Shown: positions 12,355 through 25,340 of the stretch, one piece after another
Layout: each line of letters starts with the position of its first letter
How positions within the stretch are numbered: position 1 is the stretch's first letter
DNA from: Gekko japonicus
Lineage: Eukaryota
Length of the DNA stretch: 64,000 nucleotides
Assembly: GCF_001447785.1 (NCBI RefSeq)
Contig: NW_015177038.1
Location: 363,759-427,758, forward strand
Reading direction: 5' to 3'
Notes under the pieces: generated by a model
Told to the model about the DNA's origin: nothing
Seen by the model: the letters and a program-made list of their open reading frames with translations, nothing else
The model's database searches: none
Made by a program: the position numbers and the translations under genes

Positions 12355-12619
12355 TCTGGGAGAGCTTTAAAAGGGGATTAGACAGATTCATGGGGGATAA
12401 GACTATCAGTGACTACTAGCTGTGGTGGCTGATGGGAACCTCCACATTCAGAGGCATTAAACCTCTGAATCCCAGAGCCAGGAAGCAACATCAGGAGAAG
12501 GCCTCAGCCTCTGTGCCCTGTTGTTGGCCCTCTGGAGTAACTGATTGGCCACTATGTAAGACAGGATGCTGGACTAGATGGACCACTGGTCTGATCCAGC
12601 AAGGCTCTTCTTATGTTCA
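12355..12619 (+). mobile_element. CR1 LINE 3' fragment
   Basis: FKRGLDRFM ORF2 end, ggactagatggacc...tctgatccagc 3' UTR, cttcttatgttc tail. Confidence 0.75.
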
Positions 12620-14199
12620 CTGAGACATTGCCTGCATTTTTAGTGGGACTAATTCACTTAACTCCCATGTAGCCTATTCAGGCTGCTTCCCTTTTATTAT
12701 GCCAGGCAGTGCCTTTAGGCAGAGTGGAATGTTGGACTTATTTAGGCTCCTTTACTTCAGTACTGCTGGGGAGGGCCTGCCTTCAGACTGAATGGAATTT
12801 TGCTGGAGCTCCCATCTTAATTTTAGTTTAGTATAGGAATATTCCCTTATGGATAACTATGTGCTCTGTTATCCCTCACCATGTTAAGGTGTGTATTCAA
12901 TACAAGGCTGGTAGTTGGCAGAAGAATTGGTCACTGATGACTTATGGTTTTGAAGATTAAAAGGCAAAGTTAATAACTGTAAACAGAAAGGTGATAAATT
13001 TCCCTTGGTCTAATTTTGGACTAAGGTTGTAATGAATAAATGTGGGGGTTCCGTTAACGAAGAAAATCAGATATTATTCCTTCTATTTGAACAATTGTTG
13101 GGGGTTATTCCCTTTTTTAGTAGGAATTAGCTCTATTTTTGTTTTGTTTTTGTTTTTCTTATTTTTATCTGTTTAAAAAACTCTAATAAAATATTTTAAA
13201 GAAGGAACATAAATCAAATAACTACAGACAAAGTCAACTGCTTCTAATAAACTGCAATAAATGACTCATGAGTAACCACTAAATACATCCTTGACAAAGT
13301 CTGTAAGGATAGAAGAATCAGTAATTAAGTTGGACTAACAACAGCGGCTTCCATATACTGAGAAAGGCGGATCTGCCCATAAGGATTAGGAATGATGCAG
13401 TTGAGGATGGACTGAATTCAATGAATTTACACACCAAGAAGTCTGTATAAAAATCTTTTCTGGATTGAGTTGCTAAGTGAACGTTGATGGCATATTCTGT
13501 ATTTTATAGCTTTTTAATAGTCATTTATTGCCCATTATAAGAAACAGCTGAATGTTATATGTTGCAATAGGCTCATATATAACTGTTTTGTAGATACATG
13601 GACTGGTACATTGACTATATTGGGTGAGAGATTTAGTTTTAGTGACTGAATGTGATCTTTTTTGGCACGATATGAACCATCGAGGATAGTTAAAAAGCAG
13701 AAATAATAATGGATATCAGATTTGGTCTGCTATCAACAGGAGTGAATAAAAGAAACCAGAAGGTATAATGCCTACTTTAGAAAAATCCAAAAAGCTGCTC
13801 CAAATTGATTTTGGCTTCTTCAGAGAGATGTTCAGGAATACATTTAAATACTGATGAATTTTTCTGCATAATGTTACTTCTAAAGTTAGCTGATCAATGA
13901 TATGGAATGCATTAAAAGCTTACATAAGATGAATATTTATTTAAAGTGATTACAATACCAAACCAACCAACACACTGAAAAAGATCTACTGGTGGAAGAC
14001 ATCAACAGCTATCACCTAGAAAATAACCATCAAAGAAGAATTAGCAAGCAGCAGGAAAAAAAATAGAAAAGGTCTTCCTGAGGTTGCATTTTGCACTATT
14101 TCAAATATCCAGGTCATCTTTAAATCTTACAAAATCAGGCTGTAAAGGCATTGACTAGAGTATTAAGATGACCCATTTTCAAAAAGAGGTGAAGACTAA

Positions 14200-14899
14200 A
14201 GTTGCGGTCACATGAGCAGTTCACGCCAATATAGTTGCAGCACCTCTGCAGATTTAAAGAGCATGATCAGACAACAACATCAGCCTCCTGTGCCGCAGTC
14301 ACTGGCACCTGGTTCTGGCCTGCCATCAAAGCAGAGTAAACAGACACCAGGGAAAGTCCAGTCTTTACAAATGCCAGTGCTTCCACTCTGCTTTTCCAGA
14401 CATCTGAACTCCCCTGTTGTGGACTGAACCTGGATGAGAAGTCTGAACCATCAGGTCTGTTTCTGCTTTTTCTTTTATTTTCCGAGGCCGAGGCCGCTGG
14501 AAGAAGCCAGACTCCAACAACAAGCCCTGCTGCTGGGTGCTGGTAGGAAGTCACCCCTCCGTATAATTGTGGCCTTAGTTAGGAACCAATGGTTGTGTGT
14601 AAGCCACTCAGAGACCCTTCGGGGTTCGAGCGGGATATAAATTGAATGAAGAAATAAAATAAATAAATAAATTTTCAAGTAGCATATGCACAGGTGCCTG
14701 CCTGTATTTTTTAAAAAAGGACTGGACAGTGCGCTCCATGGTTGAAGCACTACAGTAATGTGGATGCTCCAGCACTGGACGAGTGTGGGGAAAACGCCTC
14801 AGGGAGTGCTGTCTGGTCGGACCTTCCCAGAACAATTTCAAACCAGTGAGATTAGAGGTATGCCCAAACTGCGCCAAGCCTGCAGTTTGACCGCAGCAA
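14200..14899. mobile_element. TIR-bounded non-autonomous DNA transposon (Harbinger-like?) with a nested L2-type tail fragment
   Basis: gttgcggtcaca...tttgaccgcagc inverted ends; absent at the paralogous site ~4260. Confidence 0.55.
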
Positions 14900-14938
14900 T
14901 AGATAACATAAGTAGCATATACTAAGTTTTCCCTGAAA

Positions 14939-15874
14939 TCATTTTGGTACCTTCAGTTTCTTAAACAGCTTCCCTAATGCCGATAGCACATCCCGGTTCC
15001 TCAGGCTATATATGAAAGGATTCACTGTGGATGTGGCAATCGTACACAATGCAGAAAAAATCTGCACTTGTTCTCCTGGGTAAGAGGATAGCGGTTTTAT
15101 GTGTCTCAATATGGCTGATCCATAGAAGATGGTTACCACACACAGGTGGGGCAAGCAGGTAACAAGAGCTTTGTTGCTTCTTTCACCCAAACGCTGTACC
15201 TTCATGATCTGCAAAAGGATGGATATATAGGAGGCCACAATGACTGAAAAGGGAAAAAGAAGGAATAAATTGCCACCAAAGAATAGGGACACCTTTTCAA
15301 AGAAGGATGTATCTGAACACGACAACTTGACCACAATGGGAAATTCACACATGAAATGGTTCATCGTGTTTGTCCCACAGTAGGACAGAAGTAGTAAATA
15401 AATGGCTCTTATCAAGGCATACAGAAAAGTTGTAACCCAGGCACCTGCTGACATGAATAAGCAGATGGTCTTCCTCATGAGAACAGGATATTGCAGGGGC
15501 CTGCAGATGGCCACATATCGATCATAGGACATGATAGCTAGAAGGAGACATTCTGCTCCTCCTATGTTGAGCATGAGAAATACCTGAGCAGCACATTGAA
15601 AAAGTGTGATAGTTTTTTTCTGTGTTACAAAGCCTACTGTTGTTTGAGGGACAATAACGAGGACTTGGCACATATCCATGAAGGACAGCTGGCTGAGGAA
15701 AAAGTACATTGGGGTCTGAAGAGCTGAGTCTAGCTGAATTACCAGCAGGAGGAGACCATTTCCCACTAAAGCAATAACAAACATAAGGAAGATTGCAGCA
15801 AAAGCATAGGTGGCTATCTTTGTTTGGCTCAGAAACCCCAGGAGAACAAACTCAGTCCAGGATGTGGAATTCAT
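14939..15874 (-). CDS. OR-B, olfactory receptor (class II, OR2-like), 311 aa, single coding exon
   Basis: Uninterrupted 7TM ORF from ATG 15874 (MNSTSW, N-glycosylation site) with LQTPMYFFL, MSYDRYVAIC, NPFIYSLRN; splice acceptor ctttcag just upstream (~15903). Confidence 0.93.
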   Translation of the reverse strand: MNSTSWTEFVLLGFLSQTKIATYAFAAIFLMFVIALVGNGLLLLVIQLDSALQTPMYFFLSQLSFMDMCQVLVIVPQTTVGFVTQKKTITLFQCAAQVFLMLNIGGAECLLLAIMSYDRYVAICRPLQYPVLMRKTICLFMSAGAWVTTFLYALIRAIYLLLLSYCGTNTMNHFMCEFPIVVKLSCSDTSFFEKVSLFFGGNLFLLFPFSVIVASYISILLQIMKVQRLGERSNKALVTCLPHLCVVTIFYGSAILRHIKPLSSYPGEQVQIFSALCTIATSTVNPFIYSLRNRDVLSALGKLFKKLKVPK

Positions 15875-17416
15875 TGCTCCATTTTCGCCTTCATTCTTCA
15901 ATCTGAAAGGAGAATGAAATAATTTGAAGAGAGATGTACATTAATTGTATACTTTCCCCCCCTCCATCCCTCCTTAAGCATTTCATTTTTATCACACCCT
16001 TTCTTCCAAGGAACTCAGGGGGCAAAAACAAACATAACAGCATACAAAGGTGACGGTCCAACTTGTAGATGCTGCCTCCATTTTACAGAGAGTTTAAAAT
16101 GTTGTGAGGGCATAACAAAGGTGTGCTGGGGCCCTCTGGTTCCTTTCCGCAGGCCTTTTCAAGTGCCAAAATGGCCACAGACATGCATTCCTGAGGCTAT
16201 TTTGCACTTGAAAAGGTTGGGGGGGGAGCACCTCAGCCCTTTGCATTGTGAACCTAATCAGGATCGAACCCTTGTGGCATTTCTAAATGACTTTAAAATG
16301 GCAGTGGCATCCACCAGTCCAACACTTGGGAACCATCACGTCTAGTTTCCCCTCAGAGTTGCAGACAAGGCGCAGGTCATTGTATCCTCATAATAACCCT
16401 GTAGCAAAGATTAGGCTAAGAATTCGACCAAAAAGAGCAATTGCTCTCGGGTAATGCAAAGAGAGTGGAACTGATTCAGGTTTCCCCGTCCGATATTCTT
16501 GTCTTTGAAATTACATGCCGAGTTCACTGGTTAGCAACTGGAGCAGAAGAGTAGGAGGAGGAACGGTAGTGGCTGAATAAACTATTGAATAGTTCCACTC
16601 ATGTTCTCCTTCCCTTTACTAGAAATCGCTAGGGTTGCCAGCCTCCAAGTGAGATCTGGAGACCTCCTGTAATTACAACTGTTTTAAATGGCTGACTGAA
16701 TCACAGTATACCCTGACATCCCTCCCATCCCTAAACCCTGCCTTACTCTGACTCCACCCCAATAAATCCAAGAATTTCCCAACCCAGAGCTGGCAACCCC
16801 AGAAATCGCCCACTTTACTTTTCTGCTTTATAGCAATTCATGGATAAGGTTTAAAAGAATGGGTCCAACCTTGAACTCTTCTCAAAACCAAGCACTAAAT
16901 CTTCTGGGCATAAGCTGTTGAAACTGCTCCAGCTAGCAGAAATCACACAACTGTTTGGGCTTAAAGATAGCTTAAGCCTGGGGATGGTTATTTGTCTGTA
17001 CTGACCCTGGTGCAGGAACACACACACAGCACAACCGGGGATTGCAGCTGATAATGTTATGTGGACCAGTTGTATGTTTTATGGCAACAGTCGGTAGATC
17101 CAGACTGAGGACTTGGGAAGACCCACATATCTCTTTTCCCATTAAAATCAGCTTCCTAATGTGAAATAGTTAACTGAATTAGAACCAAATACGACAATAA
17201 TTAGGAATGGTCTAGAATGAATGGGGTGTATTTCTCAGCTTGACTAGTCAATTCATAGTACAGTGGTTGACAAGGAAATTACAAAATATAATGAACAACA
17301 ATCCTAAAACAAACATTTCTATGCCATTTTCATGTACATACTTCTTGGTATCCCCTGTCTTGTCAAGGGATGGCTCCCAGAGAGCGTCTTCATCTTCAGA
17401 ACAAATGACATTTTCT

Positions 17417-17549
17417 ACACACTCACTCATTCACTCACTCACTCACTCACTCACTCACTCATTCACTCACTCACTCACACACATAAATTCTCCATTGGTT
17501 TCAATGTGACCGTTGTTTCTAAGACAGACAGACAGACAGACAGACAGAC
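17417..17549. repeat. (CACT)n and (GACA)n microsatellites
   Basis: Direct reading. Confidence 0.9.
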
Positions 17550-17794
17550 TGTCTGATAGGGTTCCAAGATGGCAAATTAGTATAGAAAGGGAATAGGGTT
17601 TGCTAACCTTCTAACAGAGCAGAGAGAGAGAATGTGAGGTTCCCTGGGCAAGGAATTCTACAACTAAGCTGCCCATACGAAGAAACCCCCCAGAGGATAT
17701 AATGATTCTTCTGCCAGCTGTGCAGGAGCTCAAAGAAAAGACACTCCAGTGTTTCAGAACTGAGAAAAATGTTCTCTAATGAGATTTTGGGTTT

Positions 17795-18071
17795 TAAGAA
17801 GAAGAAGAGAGAGATTGGATTTATACCCCGCCCTTCACTTGGAGTCTCAGAGCTGCTTACAAACTCCTTTCCCTTCCCCTCCCCACAACAGACACCCTGT
17901 GAGGTGGGTGGGGCTGAGAGAACTCTGACACAAACTGCTCTTTTTCAAGGACAGCTGTGCCAGAGCTTGTGACTGACCCAAGGTCACATCAGCAGGTGCA
18001 AGTGGAGGAGTGGGGAATCAAACCCGGTTCTCCCAGATTAGAGTCAGCACACTTAACCACTACACCAAACT
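17795..18071 (-). mobile_element. Squam1-like SINE (tRNA head, L2-like tail, (TTC)n)
   Basis: Minus strand agtttggtgtagtggttaag A box and ggtttgattcc B box; near-identical copy at 21696-21973. Confidence 0.8.
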
Positions 18072-18678
18072 CTCACTAGTTTTACAGAGAAATAGAGGGT
18101 TGGATACAAGAATGCCCTTCCAACTATGTTATACACATTATGTTATACACAAAACTCTCACTAGTTTTACAGAGAAATGGAGGGTTGGATACAAGAATGC
18201 CCTTCCAACTCTCCCCTCTGATGGTTCCTCACGAACTTGTTAATTAATTAATTGCTCACTAGAGAAAGGGATCCATATGGTATATTCCAGCATCTCTCTG
18301 TGGGGTAAAAGCACAAAGTCTCTCATTCAATAGTTCAGATAAAACGTCAATACCCTGAACCAGTGGACATGGTTAGACCAGCGTAACTCTAAAGCAGATG
18401 GACCTCCATTGTCAGAATATGTTATTAGGCTGCAATGAATTTGGAGAAATGTTTTCAAGCAAATTCTCCCAGATCAACCTTCTGTAAAATAAAAAGAAAC
18501 TAGAGTGATGTAAAATGATTGTATCTGATAAGGTGATGCTTATACCAAAACGTTTCAAACAGCAAGTCTATGCAGTGGTTCTTCAATGAATGGCTTGAAG
18601 TGGGTTTGCATAAGATACTTGTGTTTAAACTTTGGAGGGAGTAAACTAAGAGCTTGAGAGAAATTTTAAAAGACAGTA

Positions 18679-19230
18679 ACATACCTTTCTAAGAGAAATT
18701 TGCATTCATCGCTCCAGAAGAAATCCCATAGTTCTAGAAAGGAAGTTTTGGAACACACAGTAGAGGCATGTTTTAGTCGCAGCCCACACATGTCTATCAA
18801 ACACCCATTTCATAGAAAGGGGAAGGGCAGTACTGTTTTTTTGCCCCTAATCATAGTGAAATGTGTAATACTGGAATGCATTCTGCTCTCAGTGACAGAG
18901 GAAAAGGACACACTGAACTATACTGTTAATACCATCTAAATTTAACAATAGGACTTCAAGAGAAGGAGCATCCTCAAGGAAGAGATGGTGTTTTTTTCCT
19001 TTCCTTGTTCAGAATTAAGAAGCTGAATAATATATAAAGGAGGGTGGGAGGTTTCAAATCCCCAAGGAAAATCTACAGTGCAAAAACAAGCTCTGCTGCA
19101 GTCCATGGCATTTCCCATGTGCCTTGTGTTGCACTGTTTTTGGTAACACTTGCTAATTGTGAGGGAAACATTCTTAAACTAGGTTAGTGAGTTGCTTGGA
19201 GACATCTTATAATGGGTATCTTGCGTAATG
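18679..19230 (-). promoter_or_regulatory. Putative OR-B promoter and non-coding first exon
   Basis: Paralog of 8679-9220; donor AG|GTATGT at 18684, TATA-like and O/E-like motifs. Confidence 0.5.
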
Positions 19231-21695
19231 TTCACTGGGTTGGATAATCCATCAACAGAAAGCACTGATGTTCATGGATCTTCCACACTTCCTCTCCCAC
19301 AGCAATCATTTCCGACCCAGTGAAAGTTGATTCCAGTGGTCACAACAAGACTAGTGTGGAGTAGTTTCAATATAATTTCACAGGCTGCAATGAGGAGGTG
19401 AGGGAGTGAAATCATGCTTCCTACTTTATCAGCCCATCTGTCTCTTCTTCAGTGGAATAGTTCCACTGAGGGAAGAGGGAGAAGAGAGTGTCTTTCCCCC
19501 TTCCTCACTGTAGCCCGTCAACATACACTGCTATTACTCCCTATGAAACTGGCTTTCCTACAGTTGTAAATGGTATCTGGGGGGAGGGGAAAGTGTAAAT
19601 GATCTGCAATCACTGCTTGGAGATAAGGGAAGGTGCGTGGCTGCTCCTCTCCCTCCCTCTCCCTCCTCCCCATCCCTCCTGCTGCTGCCCCACAAAATTT
19701 CCCCACACCCTGCCAACACAAAATTTCTGGCTACGGGGCTGTCTCCAGGCCACACAGATCAGTTCCTCTAAAGAAAATGGCTGCTTCAGAGGGTGGACTC
19801 TATGGCATTATACCCTGCTGAGGTCCCTCCCCTCCTCAAATCCCACCTTCCCCAGGCTCCACCCCCAAATCTCTAGGAATTTCCCAACCAGGACTACGCA
19901 ACCCTAGTACAACCCTACCCTGGTATATCCCCATCACAAGTAGGTACAGTGGGTGCTGACTAGAATGGAGGCACCTTGCCTTTGGAACTCCCTGTTTTAT
20001 GTACCCTGCTGAAAGAGCTTGCAGCTCTAGTTCTTAAGTGGGATGGGGAGGTTTGATCAGATGCCCACAATCTCATCAAAAACCACCACACTCACAACAG
20101 ATTTGGAAATAAGTGGAATAAATTGGCCACAACTTTATTGATTACAGCTGTAAGAAGCATTGGCACAGCATGGGTCCACCGGATCCGATGCATCAGCTGA
20201 CCCACCGCCAGCTGATGAACCCTGTCACCCAGCCAGATGGCATGGGTGAAGATCGTGGAATGGCAGGTTGTTGGGGATCACATGGACGACTGCCCCTTTG
20301 TGATCTCTCCTGCCATCTGGCCATGAGGGAAAACGCTGGTAGTTCCTGAGCACGCTTGCTCCCGGCAGCCCTCATGCCAAGACCCCTTAAGGTGGTCCCC
20401 ATATCCAGTAATGGAATGGGTGGGCAAGCTGCTTGGCTGCAGGACAAAGGCCGGGCAGAGGAGGCGAGTGGCCGTCTTCCCTCTTTAAATCCTCCCCTCC
20501 CCCTGACCATTCCAGAGCTCTGCTATTGGCCCAGGGGAAGGGAGGGAGGACCTGCTTTCCCTGCCACACACCTGCTCTGTCCCCACCCAGCATCCGGCCA
20601 CCTCCCTATCCCCACCCAGCACCGCAAATTGCGGGCTGTGCCGAGCCAGGCCCTTCGAGCTTCTGAACTGTTTTATTACTGTTTTATGTTTCAGAATGCT
20701 GTTCTTAAGTTGCTCTATGTTGCTTTCATGCCACAGCAAATTTGTTCTCATTTTACTGATGATCTTTTTAATGATGATTTTATTGTTTTATTGTTGAGTT
20801 GCTTTTATTTTATGAGCCACTTCAAGCATATCTCTGGTGATGCAGCCTATACATGTTCCCAAATAAACAAATAAGCCTTTCCCCTGCATTTAATTAAATA
20901 ATTAAAACCTTTGTGAGTCCACTTTTCTCACAGATATCTAGGACTCATGTCAGGTAGCAGCAATAAAACCAGTTTAAAACAACTGAATTACAACAACCAG
21001 CAGGAACACTTAAAAATCAAAATAACAGATGGTAGTCTTTCAAGGCACCCACAGAGCAATCAGTAAGGATCCAAAGGGTCTTTACAGACCAGATAGATTA
21101 AGGACCACCTTCCAGCGTACAAACCTTTCCATCAGTTATCAGGCAGATTAACAAGCATTAACACTCCATGCTCCCTCTAATTGAAGTACATTGCCAGGTA
21201 GCAACCCATTTCTGTGCTAGGACTCAAACTCTGGACATCACTCCCGAGGTGAGTTCATTTTGCCATTACAGTTAACATGTAGTAAGCTTGTCACCTGTTT
21301 CCTTATTTGATATCTATAGATTCTGACATAAGGTAGATAACATTTTCTTAAGGTCTTACAATGTGTACATTATTTTGATTCCCCTAACATTGGGGTACCA
21401 GTCAGGGGCCATCTTTTTCTCTTATGCTTTCAGTGATATTTAAGACTTTTTAAAATCTGATTTTCCTAGTCTTTTCTAGTTTTAGATTAAGGATGCTTTG
21501 TTGTATGCTTTGTTGGTTTTATTTTCAATTGTTTAGTATTTTATACATTTTATTTATTCATTTAAAACATTTTACACCTCTTCTCTAACCAGTTGAAGAT
21601 TTGTGCAAACCAAACAGCCAGCTCCATCTAAATAGTCTTCCTGCCAAAGAAGCCCAATGCAACATCCTTACTAGCATCCAGTTTAGAAATCAGCT

Positions 21696-21973
21696 AAGAA
21701 GAAGAAGAAGAAGAGATTGGATTTATACCCCGCCCTTCACTTGGAGTCTCAGAGCAGCTTACAAACCCCTTTCCCTTCCCCTCCCCACAACAGACACCCT
21801 GTGAGGTGGGTGGGGCTGAGAGAACTCTGACACAAACTGCTCTTTTTCAAGGACAGCTGTGCCAGAGCTTGTGACTGACCCAAGGTCACATCAGCAGGTG
21901 CAAGTGGAGGAGTGGGGAATCAAACCCGGTTCTCCCAGATTAGAGTCCACGCACTTAACCACTACACCAAACT
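21696..21973 (-). mobile_element. Squam1-like SINE
   Basis: Only a handful of differences from 17795-18071. Confidence 0.8.
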
Positions 21974-22604
21974 AACCACAAACTAACCACAAACACCAAA
22001 ATTTAGCAGTAAGTCAATAGAATGTGGTTATTGTGAAAATAAATGATACTGGAAGACGGAAATGATAACCTTTAAAATTTATTTAGCATTTCAGAGGTAT
22101 CAAAGGACTTACATACATTCTCCCACTCACCCTTATAGAAGTTATGAGAAGTCAGTTAGTAACTTTGTTGATGAGTGCAGCTAAGAAATACCAGCAGGAT
22201 TAAGGCCATGTAACGATAATGGGTTGTATCTCACAGATATGCTCTACTACCAGTGGCACTTTTCTATCGCGCAAGGAGCTATGAAAGAGGGTCTTCTGCA
22301 AAGCTTATGCCCTGGAGGACAAACGTTTTGCAACAGCAAACTTATACCTTACACCAGGGGTAAGTGCTGCCATTAGTAGAACAGATGCACAGGATCCAAC
22401 CCTATATTTTAAAAAATATTAGCTGAACAACAAGTCACATAATGCAACCTGTTAATACACTTTCCTTCTTGGTGACAAATAGCATTATAAAAGTATGCTC
22501 CATCTTACTTTTGGTTATCATGTGTTACTTTGAGCTCCATTTATGTTGATGCAGCACTATTGGCTTCCAAGAGAGTACACATTTTCATTTGTTTTTCTTT
22601 CAAA

Positions 22605-23540
22605 TCATTTCCTTAAGCAGGCATTTGAAAAAAGTTTTCTTAGTGCTGCTAACACATCCCTGTTCCTCAGGCTGTATATGAAAGGGTTCATCATGGGAGG
22701 AACGATGGTAGTGAACACTGAATTTATCATGGCCTTTTGTGCTGAATAGGAGGATACAGGTGTCATGTAGGTTAAAATGGCTGCTCCATAAAATAGTCCC
22801 ACCACACACAAATGGGACAAGCATGTTCCAAAGGCCTTGTGGCTTCTTTCAGGTGAATGCACTCTTAGGACTTGCAGGAAAATGGCTATGTAGGAAGCAA
22901 GGATGACTGAGATGGGGATGAGAAACACCAAGAAACTACCGAGATATATTACTTTTACAAAGGCAGAATTGTCCGAGCAAGACAACTGTACAAGGGCTGG
23001 ATATTCACAAAGGTTATGGTAGATCACATTGGACTTGCAGTATGGCAGAGGTAGGACATAAAGGGAACATGTCAAGGCCTGTACAGAAGACCAAAACCAG
23101 ACTCCTACTGACAAGATGTAGCAGATTTTTCTCCTCATGAGGACTGGATATAACAAAGGCCTGCAGATGGCCACGTACCTGTCATATGACATAGTAGCCA
23201 GGATGAGGCATTCTGCTCCTCCCATGGCCAGTGTGACAAAAATCTGGATGACACATGCATAGAGTGAAATTGTGTACTTCTGCATTGCAAAATTCACAGT
23301 CATTTTAGGAACAACTGAGAGAACCTGACAGAGGTCCATGAGAGATAACTGGCTGAGGAAAAAATACATTGGGCTCTGCAGACCAGAGTCCTTTTTAATT
23401 AAAAAGAGAAGGAGGCTGTTTCCAAACAGAGCAATGAAGAACATGAAGAGAATCACACCAAGAAACAACATGGGTGACTTTTGTTGTTGAAGTCCGACAA
23501 GAACAAACTCTGTCCAGGATGTTGTATTTGCTTCTCCCAT
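22605..23540 (-). CDS. OR-C, olfactory receptor (class II, OR2-like), 311 aa
   Basis: Intact ORF MGEANTTSW...LQSPMYFFLSQLS...MSYDRYVAIC...KAFGTCLSHL...PMMNPFIYSLRN; acceptor ttag at ~23567. Confidence 0.95.
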   Translation of the reverse strand: MGEANTTSWTEFVLVGLQQQKSPMLFLGVILFMFFIALFGNSLLLFLIKKDSGLQSPMYFFLSQLSLMDLCQVLSVVPKMTVNFAMQKYTISLYACVIQIFVTLAMGGAECLILATMSYDRYVAICRPLLYPVLMRRKICYILSVGVWFWSSVQALTCSLYVLPLPYCKSNVIYHNLCEYPALVQLSCSDNSAFVKVIYLGSFLVFLIPISVILASYIAIFLQVLRVHSPERSHKAFGTCLSHLCVVGLFYGAAILTYMTPVSSYSAQKAMINSVFTTIVPPMMNPFIYSLRNRDVLAALRKLFSNACLRK

Positions 23541-24645
23541 GTCCTCTTCATTTGTCCAAATTTCACCTAAATCATAAGGAGATAATATAAAACATTAAGT
23601 GCTGGGAATCAAAGGCATTAAAAGCTGGAAAAAAAGCTAAAAATGAACATGTGGAACTAAAGCATGCTTACAACAATGTTTTGTTATGTGAATACACCAT
23701 AATTTCACTTCCATCCACAGACCTCTTGTAAGGGTGTGACCTGAGAAAAATTTCATTATATTTTCAGATATGAGGTTTGGGGAAAAACATTCACTGTGAT
23801 TTCTGGTTTTGGGGTCATCCATTACCATTTGGGATTTCAAATCTGTGTTTTTTCCCAGGTTCCAATGTTTGGGACCAATTATTTTCATTGTGGAACCAAT
23901 TTGAGGGTCTGAGGAAGCTTTTTAAAAAGATAATGCCACACATAGTCCACCCTATGACCTAAACACCCCCCAGATTTCAGGCAAATTGGATCAAGCACTT
24001 TTGATGCAAGAACGTTTCTCTCTACTCTTGAAACCATTATTTTCAATGGGGGAATTTATTTGAGGGTCTAGGGTAGATAATGATACCAAAGTTGTGCAGA
24101 ACATAGCCCTCCCTCTAATGTAAACACCCTCCAAGTTTTGGGTGAATCGCACCAAGGACTTCAATTTTACAGACCCCGAATTAGGTGCCTTTCAGCATGT
24201 GTGTGTTTTTCTCTCTAAGTGGTGTCATTATTAAAGAAAATCCCTGTTTGCATTTGTTTCATTTTCCTAATCTTACAGTGACTGACTGACACAGTGACTT
24301 ACAGTGACAAAAAATTGTATCTTTCCATTGAAAACTGAGTTTGCCATCCCTGCTTGCTGTGGTCAGTTGTTTGTTCCATTTCACAAATAAAGGCTTCCTT
24401 TGCAGAGAACCTTCCCCCTTCTCATCCCTTTTGCTACTAGTTCAAAAAATTGATAATTCAATTTTTAAAAAAAATTAAAATATTTTAAAGGGTGTCTCTG
24501 TGTTAATGAATGTGATTAATAAATTGCTATGAGATACATTGCCCAGGAAATCAGTAGAATCAAAGAAAAACACAAGCACCCATTGTAGCAGTCTAGCAGC
24601 ACTGAAACACACACATAAAAGAAAACCACAGATTTGGGGGCGAGT

Positions 24646-24863
24646 TTGTTGTTCAGTCGCACAGTCGAGTCCGACTCTTTACGACCCCATGGACCAGATC
24701 ACACCAGGCCTTCTTGTCTTCCGCCATCCTCTGAAGTTTGCTCAACTTCATGTTCGTTGCATCTATGACACTGTCTAACCATCTCATCCTTTGCCGTCCC
24801 CGTCTTCTTTGACCTTCAATCTTTCCCAGCATCAGGGTCTTCTCCAGTGAGTGTTCCCTTCTC
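24646..24863 (-). mobile_element. BovB (RTE) LINE 3' fragment
   Basis: SLEKTLMLGKIEGQRRRGRQRMRWLDSV, (CAA)n tail; near-identical to 58252-58566. Confidence 0.88.
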
Positions 24864-25049
24864 ATTTGGGGGGAGAAGGTTTCATAATTTGCACGAATTT
24901 GTGATGTGTGTTACTATTCTGAATGATTATGGTAACACTCAAGACAGCTATTTTTGTGTATATTTTCAGCTCACAGATTTTGGAATGCATGGTGTTGGGG
25001 AAGAGCTTTTTGGATATTTTGGACAGCCAAAAAGACAAATAAATGAGCT

Positions 25050-25340
25050 ATAGAACAGATCAAGCCTAAATTCTCCCTAGAAGTTAAAATGACTAAACTG
25101 AGGCTATTGTATGAGAAAACAAGAGTGACTGGGGGGAAATAATGCTAGGAAAAGGTGAAGGCAGCAGGAAAAGAGGAAGACCCAATATGAGATGGATTGA
25201 CTCTAAAGAAAGCCATGGCCCTCAGTTTGGAAGGCCTGAGCAAGGCTAGTAATGATAGGACATTTTGGAGGACATTATTTCATAGAATTGCCATAGATCA
25301 GAAGCAACTTGATGGCACCTAATACACACATACACACACA
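25050..25340 (+). mobile_element. Older RTE LINE 3' fragment
   Basis: MLGKGEGSRKRGRPNMRWID-like coding remnant and (CA)n tail. Confidence 0.7.

Larger units (their letters stand above)
13215..19493. repeat. Segmental duplication unit 2 (contains OR-B)
   Basis: Colinear with 3240-9475; differs by lineage-specific insertions. Confidence 0.95.

Noticed and set aside
15875-15901. N-terminal extension MKNEGENGA of OR-B in the ORF track
   Set aside because: Starts at TTG; the first in-frame ATG is 15874.
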